From Camelus dromedarius (taxonomy: Eukaryota): 64,000 bases of DNA. The notes beneath the pieces are model-generated. The model was not told the DNA's origin. It made no database searches and saw only the letters and a program-made list of their open reading frames with translations. How positions within the stretch are numbered: the stretch's first letter is position 1; every line of letters begins with the position of its first letter. The stretch is from positions 5,084,001-5,148,000 of the forward strand of contig NC_087436.1 in NCBI RefSeq assembly GCF_036321535.1, in the 5' to 3' direction. This document shows positions 36,961 through 49,220 of the stretch, piece after piece. A program made the position numbers and the translations under genes.

Positions 36961-37341
36961 ATTCATCAGTCCCTTCTGAGATGATGTCTTCATGTCCTGG
37001 AAGTCATTAGGATTGTTTCTACATGTTCTTAAAATCTCTTAACTCTTCTGCTCTCTGCATTCAGAACAAAAGAGCCTACAAGGAACATCAGAGCAGCCTG
37101 GGACGCTGAATTTCACGTGTATGTGGCAAATCATTACATAAGAATAGTAAATCTCCCCACTGTCATTGGTTCTCTGGATGAAGTCATGGGTAAGCGCCCA
37201 GACACGGTTACCTCGGTCCTGCAACAGAATCCAAAACACCCCACGGCATGCGTGTGGAGGTGTCTGAAAAGGAAAGTACCTTTCTGATCTGAAAACCAGA
37301 ATGTGGAGTGTCAGAAACAGGTCCCTGGTTGGACTGCTTAC

Positions 37342-37416
37342 CTTCTGCACTAAATCAGGTTATTGCGACCTCACACCTCAAAGCTGTTTTATTCCTGGAT
37401 TTTTTTCAGAAGTTGC
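37342..37416 (-). other. Candidate non-coding (5' UTR or lncRNA) exon, 75 nt
   Basis: Long polypyrimidine acceptor gttttctcatttctctgcaacag and strong donor AAG|gtaagc; stops in all three frames. Splice signals only, no transcript evidence. Confidence 0.3.
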
Positions 37417-38242
37417 CTGTTGCAGAGAAATGAGAAAACAAACAAACAAACAAATATATATTTTAACTCTGAAATACAAAAATTTAAAAATACATTTCTC
37501 TTGCTTTTTATAACGTTCTGATATAATGTTTATAGTTTTTTCACTCCTTATATGAGGGTGTTTCTTTATGATCCTGATTTAAAGTATCTATGTGTAATGA
37601 GAAACAAGTCTTATTTTTGGACACTGAAAAGAGAGTAGTTATCTTGAAAGGAAAATTTATTCAGAAGAACCAGAATAGTATGTGTCTGCCTATGATTCAC
37701 ATTTAACTGCTGCCATTACATTTTGCTGTTCTTTTGTTCAGAATGTATCATAGGGCTCCTATTTTAATTAGTCAGTTGTAATCACTTGTCATAAAAAAAA
37801 ATAAAATAATATATTTGATACAATGATCATTAATTATCTTATTGAAGGGAATTAAATCCCAAACATACCAGAATACACTGACTCTTCTCAGTATTTTAAA
37901 ACATAGTTATCTCAATTTTCCATTGGAGGTTTTCATCCAATTGGACATAAAGTAAAATTTGCTCATTTGAATCATTCCTTTTTTTGTCTATGAGGGACAG
38001 GGAAGGAATTTTTTAGAGGTCATGTTGCCTCTGGGTTTGTCACGGAAAGCTTTCCTTTGCCAACAGGAACAGCTTCGGTTGAATTAAGACCACTTATTGT
38101 GTTTACCAGGGAAAAAGTTCATGTCTGTTCTATTGTAAAAGAGAAGTTGAAAAAGGTATTTATTTCTTCTTGTTGTCACAGCAATCTTTGGAATACTTTT
38201 AGTATTCAATAGGACTTTACAAATGGCATTAAAACAATGTAG

Positions 38243-39235
38243 TTAATTTAAGTCAACAGGTATTTACTGACTGCCTACTGAAGACCACACACCCTTCTAG
38301 ACTTGGAAGTTATACTGGAGAACAGAACAAATCCAGATGCCTGTGGAACTTTTATTCTAGTGAAGAAATACAGACTCTTATACCAGATGGTGGTAAAAAG
38401 ATATTTGAAAAGTCAAGTAACAGCACAGAGTATGACAATGGAGGTGGAGGCATTCAGGTACGGGAGTCGGAGGACACCACGCTGAGTGGAGGCATGAGTC
38501 AGTCAGGCAGGCATCTATCTGCTCATGGCTGGGATAAAGGATATTTCAGGCAGAGGGGGGCAGGTGAAAAGGCCCTGAGGCAGAAACATGTCCGGCCTGT
38601 GTGAGGTGCAACAGGGATGGAGAAGAAGATCACATAGGACCTGGGCATCTGTGGTGAAAACTCTTGCTTTCACTCAGGATGAAATAGAAATTTACAAGGT
38701 TTTAAGCTGAGGAGTGACCCAATCTCACTCAAGTTTTAAAATTCAAACTTTTCTGAAAATCAGACTGCTGTGAAAGGGAAAAACTCATTAGGCAGCTATT
38801 GAACTATCTGCAGAGATAATAGGAGTAGGAGTGACCTAATGCTGGATTTATTTTGATGGAAAAGCCAGAATGGTTTGCTGGTGGATTGCCTAGTAAGAAT
38901 GAGATTTTTTTTAAAGAAATAAATAGTAACTCAAATTGTTTTGCCCAAGCAACCTGTAGAATAGGCTTTTTCCCCTTTGAGATAAGGGAAGGCCATAAAG
39001 TTAGCAGATTAGATGAAGACGTGACCAGGTTAATTACCGACATCTAGACACCCAGCGGAAGATGACTCCTCAGTGGTTGGACGAAGGCATTAGATCTTTC
39101 AAGGAAAGCTGGGGCTGGACATAGACACCTGAGTCCCAGCACACAGGACAGGTTTATAGCCACAGGGCTGGATAAGGTCAGGAGGACGCGTGTGGAGAGA
39201 CAGAAAACCCAAAGGTAACTCTGAGCTGCAGGGAT
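38243..39235 (-). mobile_element. L2 (L2a-like) 3' ~1 kb fragment
   Basis: tcaacaggtatttactgactgcctactg...aaaggccctgaggcagaaacatg...ggggctggacatagacacctgagt...gccacagggctggataaggtca. Confidence 0.85.
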
Positions 39236-39768
39236 GTCATTAATGAACATGGTCCCAGGCAAAAGCTCCAAAGACAGGATTTCCCTATGGATTCGAATGC
39301 TCCATTCTTGTAGAATTGGTACCAAACAAATTAAACCTGGCACCATCGTTTCATAAAGGTTCTCTCTTCCCCCTGTGTGCCTAAAATACAGGTGGCCAAA
39401 AATTCTAAGATCTGGGAGTGTCGATTTATGGAAGCTTTTTTCACAACCGAATGGTTGACTGTGATAATGTCAGACAAGCAGAGAATGGTAAGTGGTTAAA
39501 AAAAAAAAAGAATCACAAAGGGCCAAGCCATATAATACCCCCAATAGCCATTCCTTTATTGATAATTACCCACCAATAGCTCCTCATCTTTGAAATTCAT
39601 CCACATAACCAATGATTTCCTTTCATTTCAATGCCTTCTGTAGTTCTAAACTGATTGAACAAATCTACTTGAAAGCCCTACAGGTGTGTGCACGTGTGTG
39701 TGTGTTTAATACAGTTCTGTTTTAATATAAACACCTCAAACACTGCTTTATTTTGTTCAAAAGCATTG

Positions 39769-39877
39769 AATTTTTTATACATATACCACAACGTCTTTAC
39801 CCAGTCATTGTGCTGCACACCAGAAATGGACACAACATTGTAAACTGATTATACTTTAATAAAAATATATTTTTAAG
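39769..39877 (+). mobile_element. Tiny 5'-inverted L1 insertion with TSD
   Basis: Antisense piece atataccacaacgtctttacccagtcat plus sense 3' end tgctgcacaccagaaatggacacaacattgtaaactgattatactttaataaaa; TSD aaagcattg at 39760-39768 and 39878-39886. Confidence 0.85.
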
Positions 39878-41884
39878 AAAGCATTGTTTATGTAGAAACA
39901 AAAGTGTGACCACAAACACATAGCACATAGGAGACCTAGTCCTTACAATGATTCTTTAAGAGAAGTGGTATCTGGTCTAACAAAGACGGAGAAAGAGAGA
40001 CTTTGTAAGTAACATGAAAGCAATGTTGGGTCTATTACACAACACTGGAATTTAACCAATGTACTCAATTCAATATCTCATTTTGTATATTTTTACGTAT
40101 TATGTTATATACAATATCGAGCATATATAAGTTGTAGTTGTATGTATATATTTTTAAAGTACAGATTGTATTAGGTTTCAAGTAGGCCCCATACACAAAA
40201 CTGTTTTTTTTAACAAAATCATTTTCTAGCACTAATCTGTCATACCAACAACATTTCAGGATTCTTGAGTATTTGGGTAATTGGATTAAAAATCAGTTTT
40301 TAAATTTTGTAACCAAATTTTTAGTGTCACAGAAGCACTAGGAAGAAAACGTAGATTATATTGATAATAAACCAGTGTCACAACCTGCAAACCCAGCTTT
40401 GGATAATTTGGACACTTGGGGCAATGATCACTGACAGTCCATCCATCTCCAAGATTCATAAAATGACCTGCCAACCACAGCTGTCATGGTGGGGCCTGGG
40501 TACCACTTGGCATCAGAATGAGTACTAACTGTGACTCTCAGGACACAATAGGAACGGCACCAAAACCTCCTAGAGCTATTTCTACAAAAAACAAAAACAA
40601 AAATAAAATGCAGTGGGACACACTGACATTTAACTGCACTATTGATAAATTACTCCAAAAAATTCTCTCTAGCATGCTTCATCCAGCAAATGTGATGGGA
40701 AACAAGACAAGCAGTCTACAAAGATTATGCTTATCCTTGTCGTCTATCCAGGGCTGCTTGGGTTTATCATTTAGGTTTCTTTGGCCCCTCCATAGGGATT
40801 TATGTTCCAAAGAGGAAAGCAGAACACACTCTTGGCTGTGCGGTACTCCCTTGGTGACGGTTTCCATCAAGACGAGCCTTATTCTCTGTGACCTGTTGCC
40901 CAAGTTCACCTTTTTGTTCCTACTGTGGTCAAGTAACTGGCTGAAAAATGCAAAGAAAGTGGTTGGTGAGGATGTTTGAGGACCCTCCTTCTCTGGTGGA
41001 GAGCAGTCAGGAGGTATATGACACCCAGGCAGGAAGAAAAAGTGTGAGACGCAGGTCAAAACACACCTCAAACGTCTTCTACTGTAGAGCACACTGACTT
41101 GACACTGTAATTGCCAAAAGCTTTCAAAGCCTAAAATGCTCTGATTTTAGTAAATACCTAGAATTCCTTTAAAAAGTTTAGCTGTCCCTGAAGCAGATAC
41201 AGAGATGAACACTTCACGTCTATACGTTACCTTTGGGACACGTTTAGTGACAACCCCGTGTTTCCAACCTATGTTAGTCTGGACAAAGGCAGAGAAGTGA
41301 AAAACTTGAGAAGTGTGTCCTGTCATTCCAGACATTTTTTGCTGATAAAAAATCAAAGAGGACCACTTCCAAGTTTGGAGAAATTGGCTGAGCCTCTGTA
41401 ATTGGCAATCGGCAGCTGGTTTTCACTCCTTCCCCCTGAACTGGAAGTCTGGCTTTTGAGCAGTAAACTCTTTGAAGTCCACGGGAGCTCGACCCACAGA
41501 GGGAATTGCGTCTGGGGAGGCTGGTCTTTGCTTTTTCACTTTTCCCCCCAACGTTTTGTGAATGTTGAGTGTTGAAGTAATGTATATTCATGTGGCCACT
41601 TCTGCTTTGCTTCAAACTTTGACCAAAAGTCGCATCTTAGTGGTATAATCCAGAGAAAGTAGTCACCTGTATACTTTCCAGAAACAAAAATAATTATTCT
41701 ACTCAAATTAAAAACATGCATTATGCCTTAAGCAAATTGTGCTCCCGTAAGTACTCTAAGGACCTCATATAACTGGAAAGTAAATGTTAAAATATACATA
41801 TATATATATAAACTTTAGAGGAATGATTCAGAAAAGTATTTCAACTGATTACTTTACCTCCTTGTCTCTGCCTGCCTCCCCCAA

Positions 41885-41947
41885 CCCCATTTTCTCTCTC
41901 TGTTTCTTTCTGTGTCTCTCTGTGTCTGTCTGTCTGTCTCTCTCTCT
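41885..41947. repeat. Low-complexity (TC)/(TCTG) tract
   Basis: ttctctctctgtttctttctgtgtctctctgtgtctgtctgtctgtctctctctc. Confidence 0.85.
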
Positions 41948-42449
41948 TAGTTATAAGACTTTAAGAAGCCGAATCATTTGGCCTCGAATTTTCCACATTA
42001 GTGTCTAGTCTAAAATGGAATTTCTTTTGAAAGCTTAAGGAAAAGCTGTCTGGCTATTTGTGAGTTATGTGAACCTAGAAAAAATATGCTTCTCCAGTTA
42101 TATATATAAAAAAATACTGTTAAGATTTTTCTTTTCGCTTGTGTAAATTCAATGGCGCCAAAGCTATAAACTTCAGACTTGGAAAGACTGAAGTCACATT
42201 GAGAAAAGAAAACGTAGCTGAATTCAATGAAAATCTTTTAAGTATTTTTATTCATTAATCTACAGAGCTTAAAGAAAAGCAATTTGCAAATACCTAGTAA
42301 AATGTCTGCCTACCAGTGTAAAAGGTCACTGAGTTCATTTCTTAGGGTAGTTACAGGGCATGTCTGCGTACACGTGCACCCCTCCAAAGTCTAGGGGAGT
42401 TAAGTAAAAAAGTGTTGCAGTATTAAAGGTAAGATTATTAAGAATTTAG

Positions 42450-42678
42450 ATTGGGTGTTTGGGATTTGCAGATACACACTACTATATATAAAGTAGATAA
42501 ACAATATGGACCTACTGTACAGCACAGGGAACTATATTCAATATCTTGTAATAACCTATAATGAAAAGGAATATGAAAACGAATATATGTATATAGACCT
42601 GCATAACTGAATCACTATGCTGTACACCAGAAACCAACACAACATAGTAGACTGACTATAGTTCAATAAAAAAAAAAG
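42450..42678 (+). mobile_element. L1 3'-end fragment
   Basis: gatttgcagatacacactactatatataaa...cacagggaactatattcaatatcttgtaataacc...gttcaataaaaaaaaaa. Confidence 0.93.
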
Positions 42679-43329
42679 AGAAATCAGGGAATGATTAAGT
42701 GAATAATCCATGAATAACATTAAATATAAGTAAATGCTGTATATACATGGAACATTTTTAGCAAAGCACTCAGATCATGTTTGGAGTACAGGTCAAGTTT
42801 TCTGATTCCTAATTCACGTGCATCACATGTTGCCTTGTGGTCCCCTCTCTCCAGATTAAGCCAGCCCTGCTCCCTCCTCCCCCAGCCCTGGTCCCCGCTC
42901 CAGGCACTTGAGCAGCCGCTCCGTGCACTCCAGAGCTGTGGTTCCGGACACCGCAGGCATCTCAGTTTGCAAGCATCGTCTACTTTATTAGTGCAGCTGA
43001 TGCAATAACTAGCAGCTTTCCTGTAACTTTCAAAGAGAAGCATTGCCACCTTCTGTCTGCCCTCTGAGATCTGAGTGATGGGGCTGGACTGTTTCTGGTC
43101 CCCAGTTCCCGTTTTTAGCAACGGGAACTGGCTTTGGATTCATCACCCTTCTCCACATCCGTCTGCGCTGTCCTGGACTGCAGGTCACTCCTTTACATCT
43201 CAACAGGTCTGAAGTGAGACTCCAAGTGTGTTGTTCTTTCCTCCACTCTGTTTTCCTAGCATCTCGAGCCATGTCCTCTTCTGCCCAGATGAGCTTCTCA
43301 ATCCCCTGGTCTTTCAGTTCCAACACCTC

Positions 43330-43815
43330 CTAAAACTCTACTTCCACAGTTTCCCCAAGACTCGCCCCTCCCCTGACCCCCGTTTTGCCGTCACAGACCG
43401 AGATCTTGTGTTCATGTCACCTTCCCGCCGCTGCTGCCTCCACACTGACCCCTCAATCCAGGTCTCCTCCTCCTGTCCCCACTCCAGTCCCACCTTGGTT
43501 TCCAAACACAACTCCATCTACAGCAACTGACGTACAGTTTCCCTGGGTATGATGTTCATATAACCACGTGATTAGAGTTCACCTCTAAAACCTGGTCTGC
43601 AGACTCCAAATCTTATCCACGGACTTAATGCTGTGAAGAATAACAATCAGACACCTTTCTGCCCATTCCACCCTCTTTGCTTCTAACACCACGATTACTA
43701 TTCTCATGATGATGATGTTGAAGATTTTCCTCTCGGTTATTCCTTTAAGTGTATGTACAACACTTAAGTCTCCACACATTAGGCAACATCAGAGAGTGTT
43801 TCTTTGTTAGTAGAT
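43330..43815 (+). mobile_element. Degraded L2 fragment
   Basis: ccccactccagtccacc...aatcttatccacggacttaatgctgtgaag...cacattaggcaacatcagagagtgtttctttgttagtagatg. Confidence 0.5.
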
Positions 43816-45305
43816 GTGCTGCCGAAGCAAGCACAGAGAGTATTTCTTAAACACGTGTTATGTCAGAAGAGGAAAAGGAAATCATGACTTCTGGGCAGCA
43901 GAACAGGTTACAAAACTTCCGCTTTTCATCCTGTGCCTCTCTGTACTGTCCTAGTAACTTGTCCTGGAATTGCTTGTGAAAGAAAAACAAACAAAAAGGA
44001 GATTTGATTGTGACATCCACCCTCCCTGACTGTGATTTTTCTCAGAGATGAGCTTTTCAGCCCTCCCATTATGTTGTCATTCATAGCAACCTCTCCTCCC
44101 ACCAGCCCCAAACCTCAGCCCCTAATTTGTTTTCCTGCTTTACACTGTCATTCCTACTGGTCTTCCAGCTCTTCCCAGATGCTGGCGGACTTGCCCAGAA
44201 CTACGCCCTCACACTGCAGAGAGACTTCACTCACCCGATGTGTGAATCTCACAGCTGCAACATCCAGCCATCCACAGATTACTTACCTGGCATATCAGGA
44301 TGCCCAGGTGCACTGCTTGACTTTTGAGCACAGCAATTTGTCAGAAAGGAGGTCACCTTTGCCAATCCTTGAGTTAAGGCACATTGAACTAACACCGCAC
44401 CTCCCTAAAGCCAGATTTCCGTTCGCTCTTCCCTGGCCTTGGCCCTGCCAACCACGTTCCCTCCCACAGACACCTATCCCACTGACAGTCTTCAGGGTCA
44501 GACTACAAAAATTAGGACTTAGCGTTCAATGTCTTTGGTTTCTCCAGCTCCTCTTGGCTTGATTAGTTCCAAGTCAAAGAATTTTTTGCTTCGTGGAAAT
44601 TAAGTTCACAGAAAGGAGCCAATAAGCATTTTTACAAGTAATAATATGGTGGAACTCAAAGTTTTCAGTATATTTCCTTTTAGCATCACTCTTAAGCAAA
44701 TGTATACATTTTATTTTTCCTGTAACTCAGCCATTTCAGTGGCCTTCTTGTTGCGAGGGGTGGGTGGAAGAGATTGCCTTTTATGTTTTATTCCCATGTT
44801 TAAATAAAAAGAAGTTTTCCTTTCACTACGTGTGTTTTTCAAAAGTGAACTTTCCATTTCGTGTTGAGGATGCTGGTGGTCAGACCAAGCCCAGTGGTCC
44901 CTGGGAAGGGCCCTGAGTTCTGGTCCCCACCCCACACAGCAGGCACTCGGCACTCAGCACTCAGCTCAGGCAGCCGGCTCCTGGAAGGTAAGCCCTTGGG
45001 CTGCCTGAAAAAAACAGCCAAAGAAAGAACCTCATGGCCAAGGAAAGAGAAAATAGTATTTTGATCCATTTCAAAAATGCTTGCAGACGTTGACTGCAAA
45101 ATAGGAGAAAAGGACAGTCTCTGAAATTGGACAGAAGAAAAATGCAGATGAAGGAAGCCGCATTTTCCATTTTAGCAACCTAACTGATTCATCCCCCAAA
45201 GGGCATTCACCATCAAATAGGAATATGGAGTTACCCAGGAAAGCTGATTGCATCCACCACATCAGCACAAAGAGGCAGAATTCCTATATGAGCAAAATAT
45301 TCTTC

Positions 45306-45455
45306 TTTTTTTTTTAAATTTTTATTTAATTCTTTTTGGTGAAAGAGGTAATTCGGTTTTTATTTATTTATTTATTTTAATAGAAGCACTGGGGATTGAA
45401 CCCAGGACCTTGTGCGTGCCAGGCATGCACTCTACCACTGAGCTGTACCCTCCCC
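45306..45455 (-). mobile_element. Camelid-type SINE
   Basis: ggggattgaacccaggaccttgtgcgtgccaggcatgcactctaccactgagctgtaccctcccc; degenerate TSD gcaaaa(t/c)attct. Confidence 0.93.
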
Positions 45456-45859
45456 AACTTCATGCAAAACATTCTGCTGCAGAGCTGTGATCTGGTTGTT
45501 TTATAATCCCGAGGCCCCGCCCAGCTCTCATCACAGAGTCTGAAACACGGTCAGGGAATCTCAGTTTTAATCACTGCAGTAGGATCGCCGAGGAAGGAAG
45601 AAAAGGTGTCTGGTCACAAGTTTCCTGTGCCTTCTGTGCTCTGTCCCCGCAGCATTGCCTTCATCCCTTCGCTCACGATGCCTTTTCCATTTCAGAGCCA
45701 ATGAATGGGCAGTCCCCTCTGCCTGGAAGCCTCCATCTCCCGTGTCCAGAGCTGACCCAGCCCGCGCACCTCACGTCCTCACCCACCGGCTCCGCGAGCA
45801 CTCAGAGGGCCCACTGACCCCGCACCGCGAAGACTGGGGGTGACGAGTGGGGGCTTGGG

Positions 45860-46470
45860 GAAAGGGACAGAGGCAGCAGGTAACGAAATCACTCGAAGTG
45901 TGTCAGATGGCCCTACGTGCTGTGGCAGCAGTAATGCTGGGTGGCGGGACGGAGCACGGAGACGGCGGGGATGGCTCACACAGAGCGGTCACGACACTGG
46001 AGGAAACATCTGCGGGGAGGGGGGACCCACGCGTCTTGGAGGAAGAGCTTTCTAGGCGGAGAGAACAGTCGCAGAGACCGTGCAGGAGATGCCGCGTTTG
46101 AGGACGTGCAAGGACGGCAGATGGGCCGAGCGAAGGCAGGGAGGGAGCATCAGGGGCCACCCAGAGGGGACGGACCGGATGCCCGAGGGGGCTCCCAGCG
46201 GACCCTGCGAACAGCCTGACTCGACTCTGAGTGAGACAGGGGTCACGAGGGAGCTTTGGGCTGAGAAGTGTCCTAACTGACTCCAGGGTCACCAGGATCC
46301 CTCGGGCTGCTGCGCTGGGAACAGGCCGCAGGTGGGAGGGAGACGAGGGCAAGCATCCATGTGAAAGATGGCGGTTTTGCCTGGAGCCGGCAGTGGTACC
46401 GCGGTGGTGATTCTGGATACTTTGAAGGTAGAGGCGAACAGGAGTGACTGGGCCATTGGATAGGTGCGCC
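45860..46470 (-). mobile_element. L2 fragment, unusually CpG-rich
   Basis: ggaagagctttctaggcggagagaacag; actctgagtgagacaggggtcacgagggagctttgggctgagaagtg; gattctggatactttgaaggtagaggcgaacagga are antisense L2 landmarks in consensus order. Confidence 0.75.
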
Positions 46471-46719
46471 AACTTAAGTGTGCCATCCTCAAGAGAACCT
46501 GACAGCAGACCAGGTTAGGACCTCCTGGTGTAACCCCCAGGGGACCTGACACCTGTCCTTGTAAAGAATCAGCCCTTTTGTTGTTTGTCTTTATATCAGC
46601 ATATCTTCTCCTGTAACCCTAGCTGTTAAGGTCACACCTTTTCCAAATGCTAAATAAATATTCTATGAAATTATTAAGGGAATGAAAAATCATGGCACTT
46701 GTACATTTCTTGATCTCCA

Positions 46720-47050
46720 CTTCTAATGCCCTCTTGCAACTTGCTGGCTTGATAAACTCCTATTCCTCCATCAAAACCTAATGCAGAAATCACCTGAATC
46801 CTTCCTTTCCCATTTCCCATAGCAGAGTTAATTACTACCACCCCTGGTTTTGTATCTTGTAATTTGCGTTTATAACAAGTATAACAAGTATAACAATTTA
46901 CTTCTGTAGTATGTTAAAAAAATATTTCAACAGATGTGCTCTTAGCCAACAAGGATATCAAAAAGCCAAGGGTTTGTGTTTCAACAACGTAATAAATGCT
47001 CCTAACACACCCTGGCTTCCAGAGTATGTGTTGTACACACAAATGCCAGT
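46720..47050 (+). mobile_element. L2 3' fragment
   Basis: cttctaatgccctc...gataaactcctattcctccatcaaaacc...ctcctaacacaccctggcttccagagta. Confidence 0.6.
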
Positions 47051-47084
47051 ATAAGAGACTTTTAAAGGTAAAGCAAAGACTATA

Positions 47085-47310
47085 TGGAGTACTTACAATA
47101 TGTCACATTCTATGTTAAGTATTTGTCTAAATGATCGCACTTACTTTTCACAAAACTCTAAGAATGAAAACAATTGTTATGTCATTCTTCAAACAAGAGA
47201 ATCTAGGTAAAGGTCCTTGGCCAGTTTACACAGGGAGTAAATGCCATAGGCAAGACTTGCGTCCTAGGTCCAGAGACGGTCACCAGACAAGCTCTGTGAG
47301 CTGCGCTCTT
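47085..47310 (-). mobile_element. MIR SINE
   Basis: atggagtacttacaatatgtcacattctatgttaagtattt...ttcacaaaactctaagaa...ggccagtttacacagggagtaaatg. Confidence 0.65.
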
Positions 47311-49029
47311 TCTGGTCACGTCCAGCCCCAGAACAGACAGGACATATGCAGGAGGCTAAATTTTAGGCTAAATCATATGTTCAGCAAGAATAGGAACTCA
47401 GACCCCAAACCTGAAACCCAAACTGACCACATCAACGTGAATATCCCAGGAGTTTTCAGAAATATCGGAGGCAGTACCTGTCCCAGGGGATGTGACAGGG
47501 GGCACCTGAATCCATTTACTTTCATTTCCAAGAGAAAGGACACTCTTTGAGAGACACACGTGCTACAGTTATTTCCATGTCTATCTCTTCTCGTCAGCCT
47601 CACTCTCCCTGAAGGATGTGCTCTGCCTTTCCATTTTTATGACCCGCTACGCAGCAAATGCTTGTTTGATTTAATGAAAGAGACTCACTCAAATCTCACT
47701 CCTCTCATGGGGGAGTCCAGTCAGATGTGAAGAAGTTAAATGACTAGCCCACAAGCACAGGTAAATCTCAGCAGGAAAGCTGCACAGCCTCTGAGTCCCG
47801 GGCCAGTGCTTCACATCACAGCCACATTTAGAATCACAAAACAGTCATACACAAGAAAACTCAGACAGAGGAAGGAAGAAAGGAAGGGACGGTTCATTAT
47901 CTTCTCTTAAAACTTGCAACAAACTCGAGATGCTGGCTCAGTTACACGTCCTGTTTACTGCAGATGCTCCTTCTTACAGGTATTGCCAAGTGTATGTCAA
48001 ATCCTGAGTGGACGGTATTTCCATCCAATAGTGCCTTTTAATATGGCCTCTGTCCTACACATTAAATTCTTCCATTCAAGGCTGACATCACATTGGGACA
48101 GTTTAGTCATTTGGACTCCAGGGACTGTTCCTTTCCCAAGGTGGGAGAGTAATAACCTTCAACATAAATGACCTTGCAAACCATTACCAAGTATTTGTCA
48201 AGCACAGAACTTATAGCCAAGAATGTTCAACTATAGACATATATGGTAAAAAGCAATCATGGTAACAATAAAGTCAAGCAATGACCAGATTAACTGCAAT
48301 GGATTCTCAACTATGAAGGTTTTTCAAATACAGAGTTTCAAGTTCTGGTAGATTCCTAGAATGAACATATCTCACCAGTTATGGGCCCCCATTTCCAACA
48401 CTGACTCCTTCACAAGCACAGGGCCCCCCAATGCCTGACCCTTGCCCCCTCCTACCTCACATGCCCACACATGTTCTGTGAAATTTCTTCACCTGTGTTT
48501 TTAATTAATTGACCTGCAGTTGCATTGCCCTCAATGCTACATCTTTGCCTGAAACAAGTTAGACACTTCCTACAAATAGTTACAGGCTGAATTAAGTTTA
48601 AGCGTTAGTTCAATGTGCTATCAATTCAGTGAAGACTTCTTGTCTTAATGTGTCTGGTCTGGTGATGATATGTTGAATGATAAATTTCTCTGTGTCCTCA
48701 GCTAACCTCTGAGACTTTTTTGGCTGCATCCCAGGGCCGTTCATCTCAATCATACATTCTTCAGTCAGATGTATCACATTTGTGTCTTCCAGGAGGACAA
48801 TTTGGGGAATAATCCTGAACATCCATTTTTCTGGACTTACAGGCAGAGTCACTGAGGTCTCGTGGGTTTGCCTAGCTACCTCAGAGGAATTCAGAACTGC
48901 CACTCCAGGACACATTTGAACAAGTCACAGCACCATGGCTCTTTGAGGCCAGCTGCTCTCTGATACTCTTTTTCCTCACCTCAAAGACATGGCAGTTCCA
49001 CCCACGCTTGATAACTCTATCCCCAAAAC

Positions 49030-49220
49030 ACACCAGTAGCTTTGAAATCTTAAGGAAAATCAGAATCACATAGGGAAGCCTATTAAATGCAGATTCCTGG
49101 TTCCAACCAGAGACCATCAAATCAAATGGTTTAGAATGATAAGAAATCTAAATTTTTTAAAAGCCCATGTATTTTTTGAGAAAGGTGGGCTTTGGATCAC
49201 AATTCTGTGAAACCACTGGC
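49030..49220. mobile_element. MER5-like hAT-Charlie DNA transposon
   Basis: atcagaatcacatagggaagcctattaaatgcagattcctgg...ggatcacaattctgtgaaaccactg. Confidence 0.75.

Noticed and set aside
40518..41092. Overlapping 153-aa (+) and 137-aa (-) ORFs; minus-strand acceptor near 40940
   Set aside because: No matching donor, no recognisable product; compatible with chance.
44032..44562. 176-aa plus-strand ORF
   Set aside because: Non-ATG start, S/P/L-rich, in pyrimidine-rich sequence resembling a decayed repeat; not recognised.
45903..46472. 189-aa ORF (-) and overlapping ORFs
   Set aside because: Stop-poor GC-rich sequence within an L2 remnant; low-complexity P/S/R/A composition; open in several frames on both strands.
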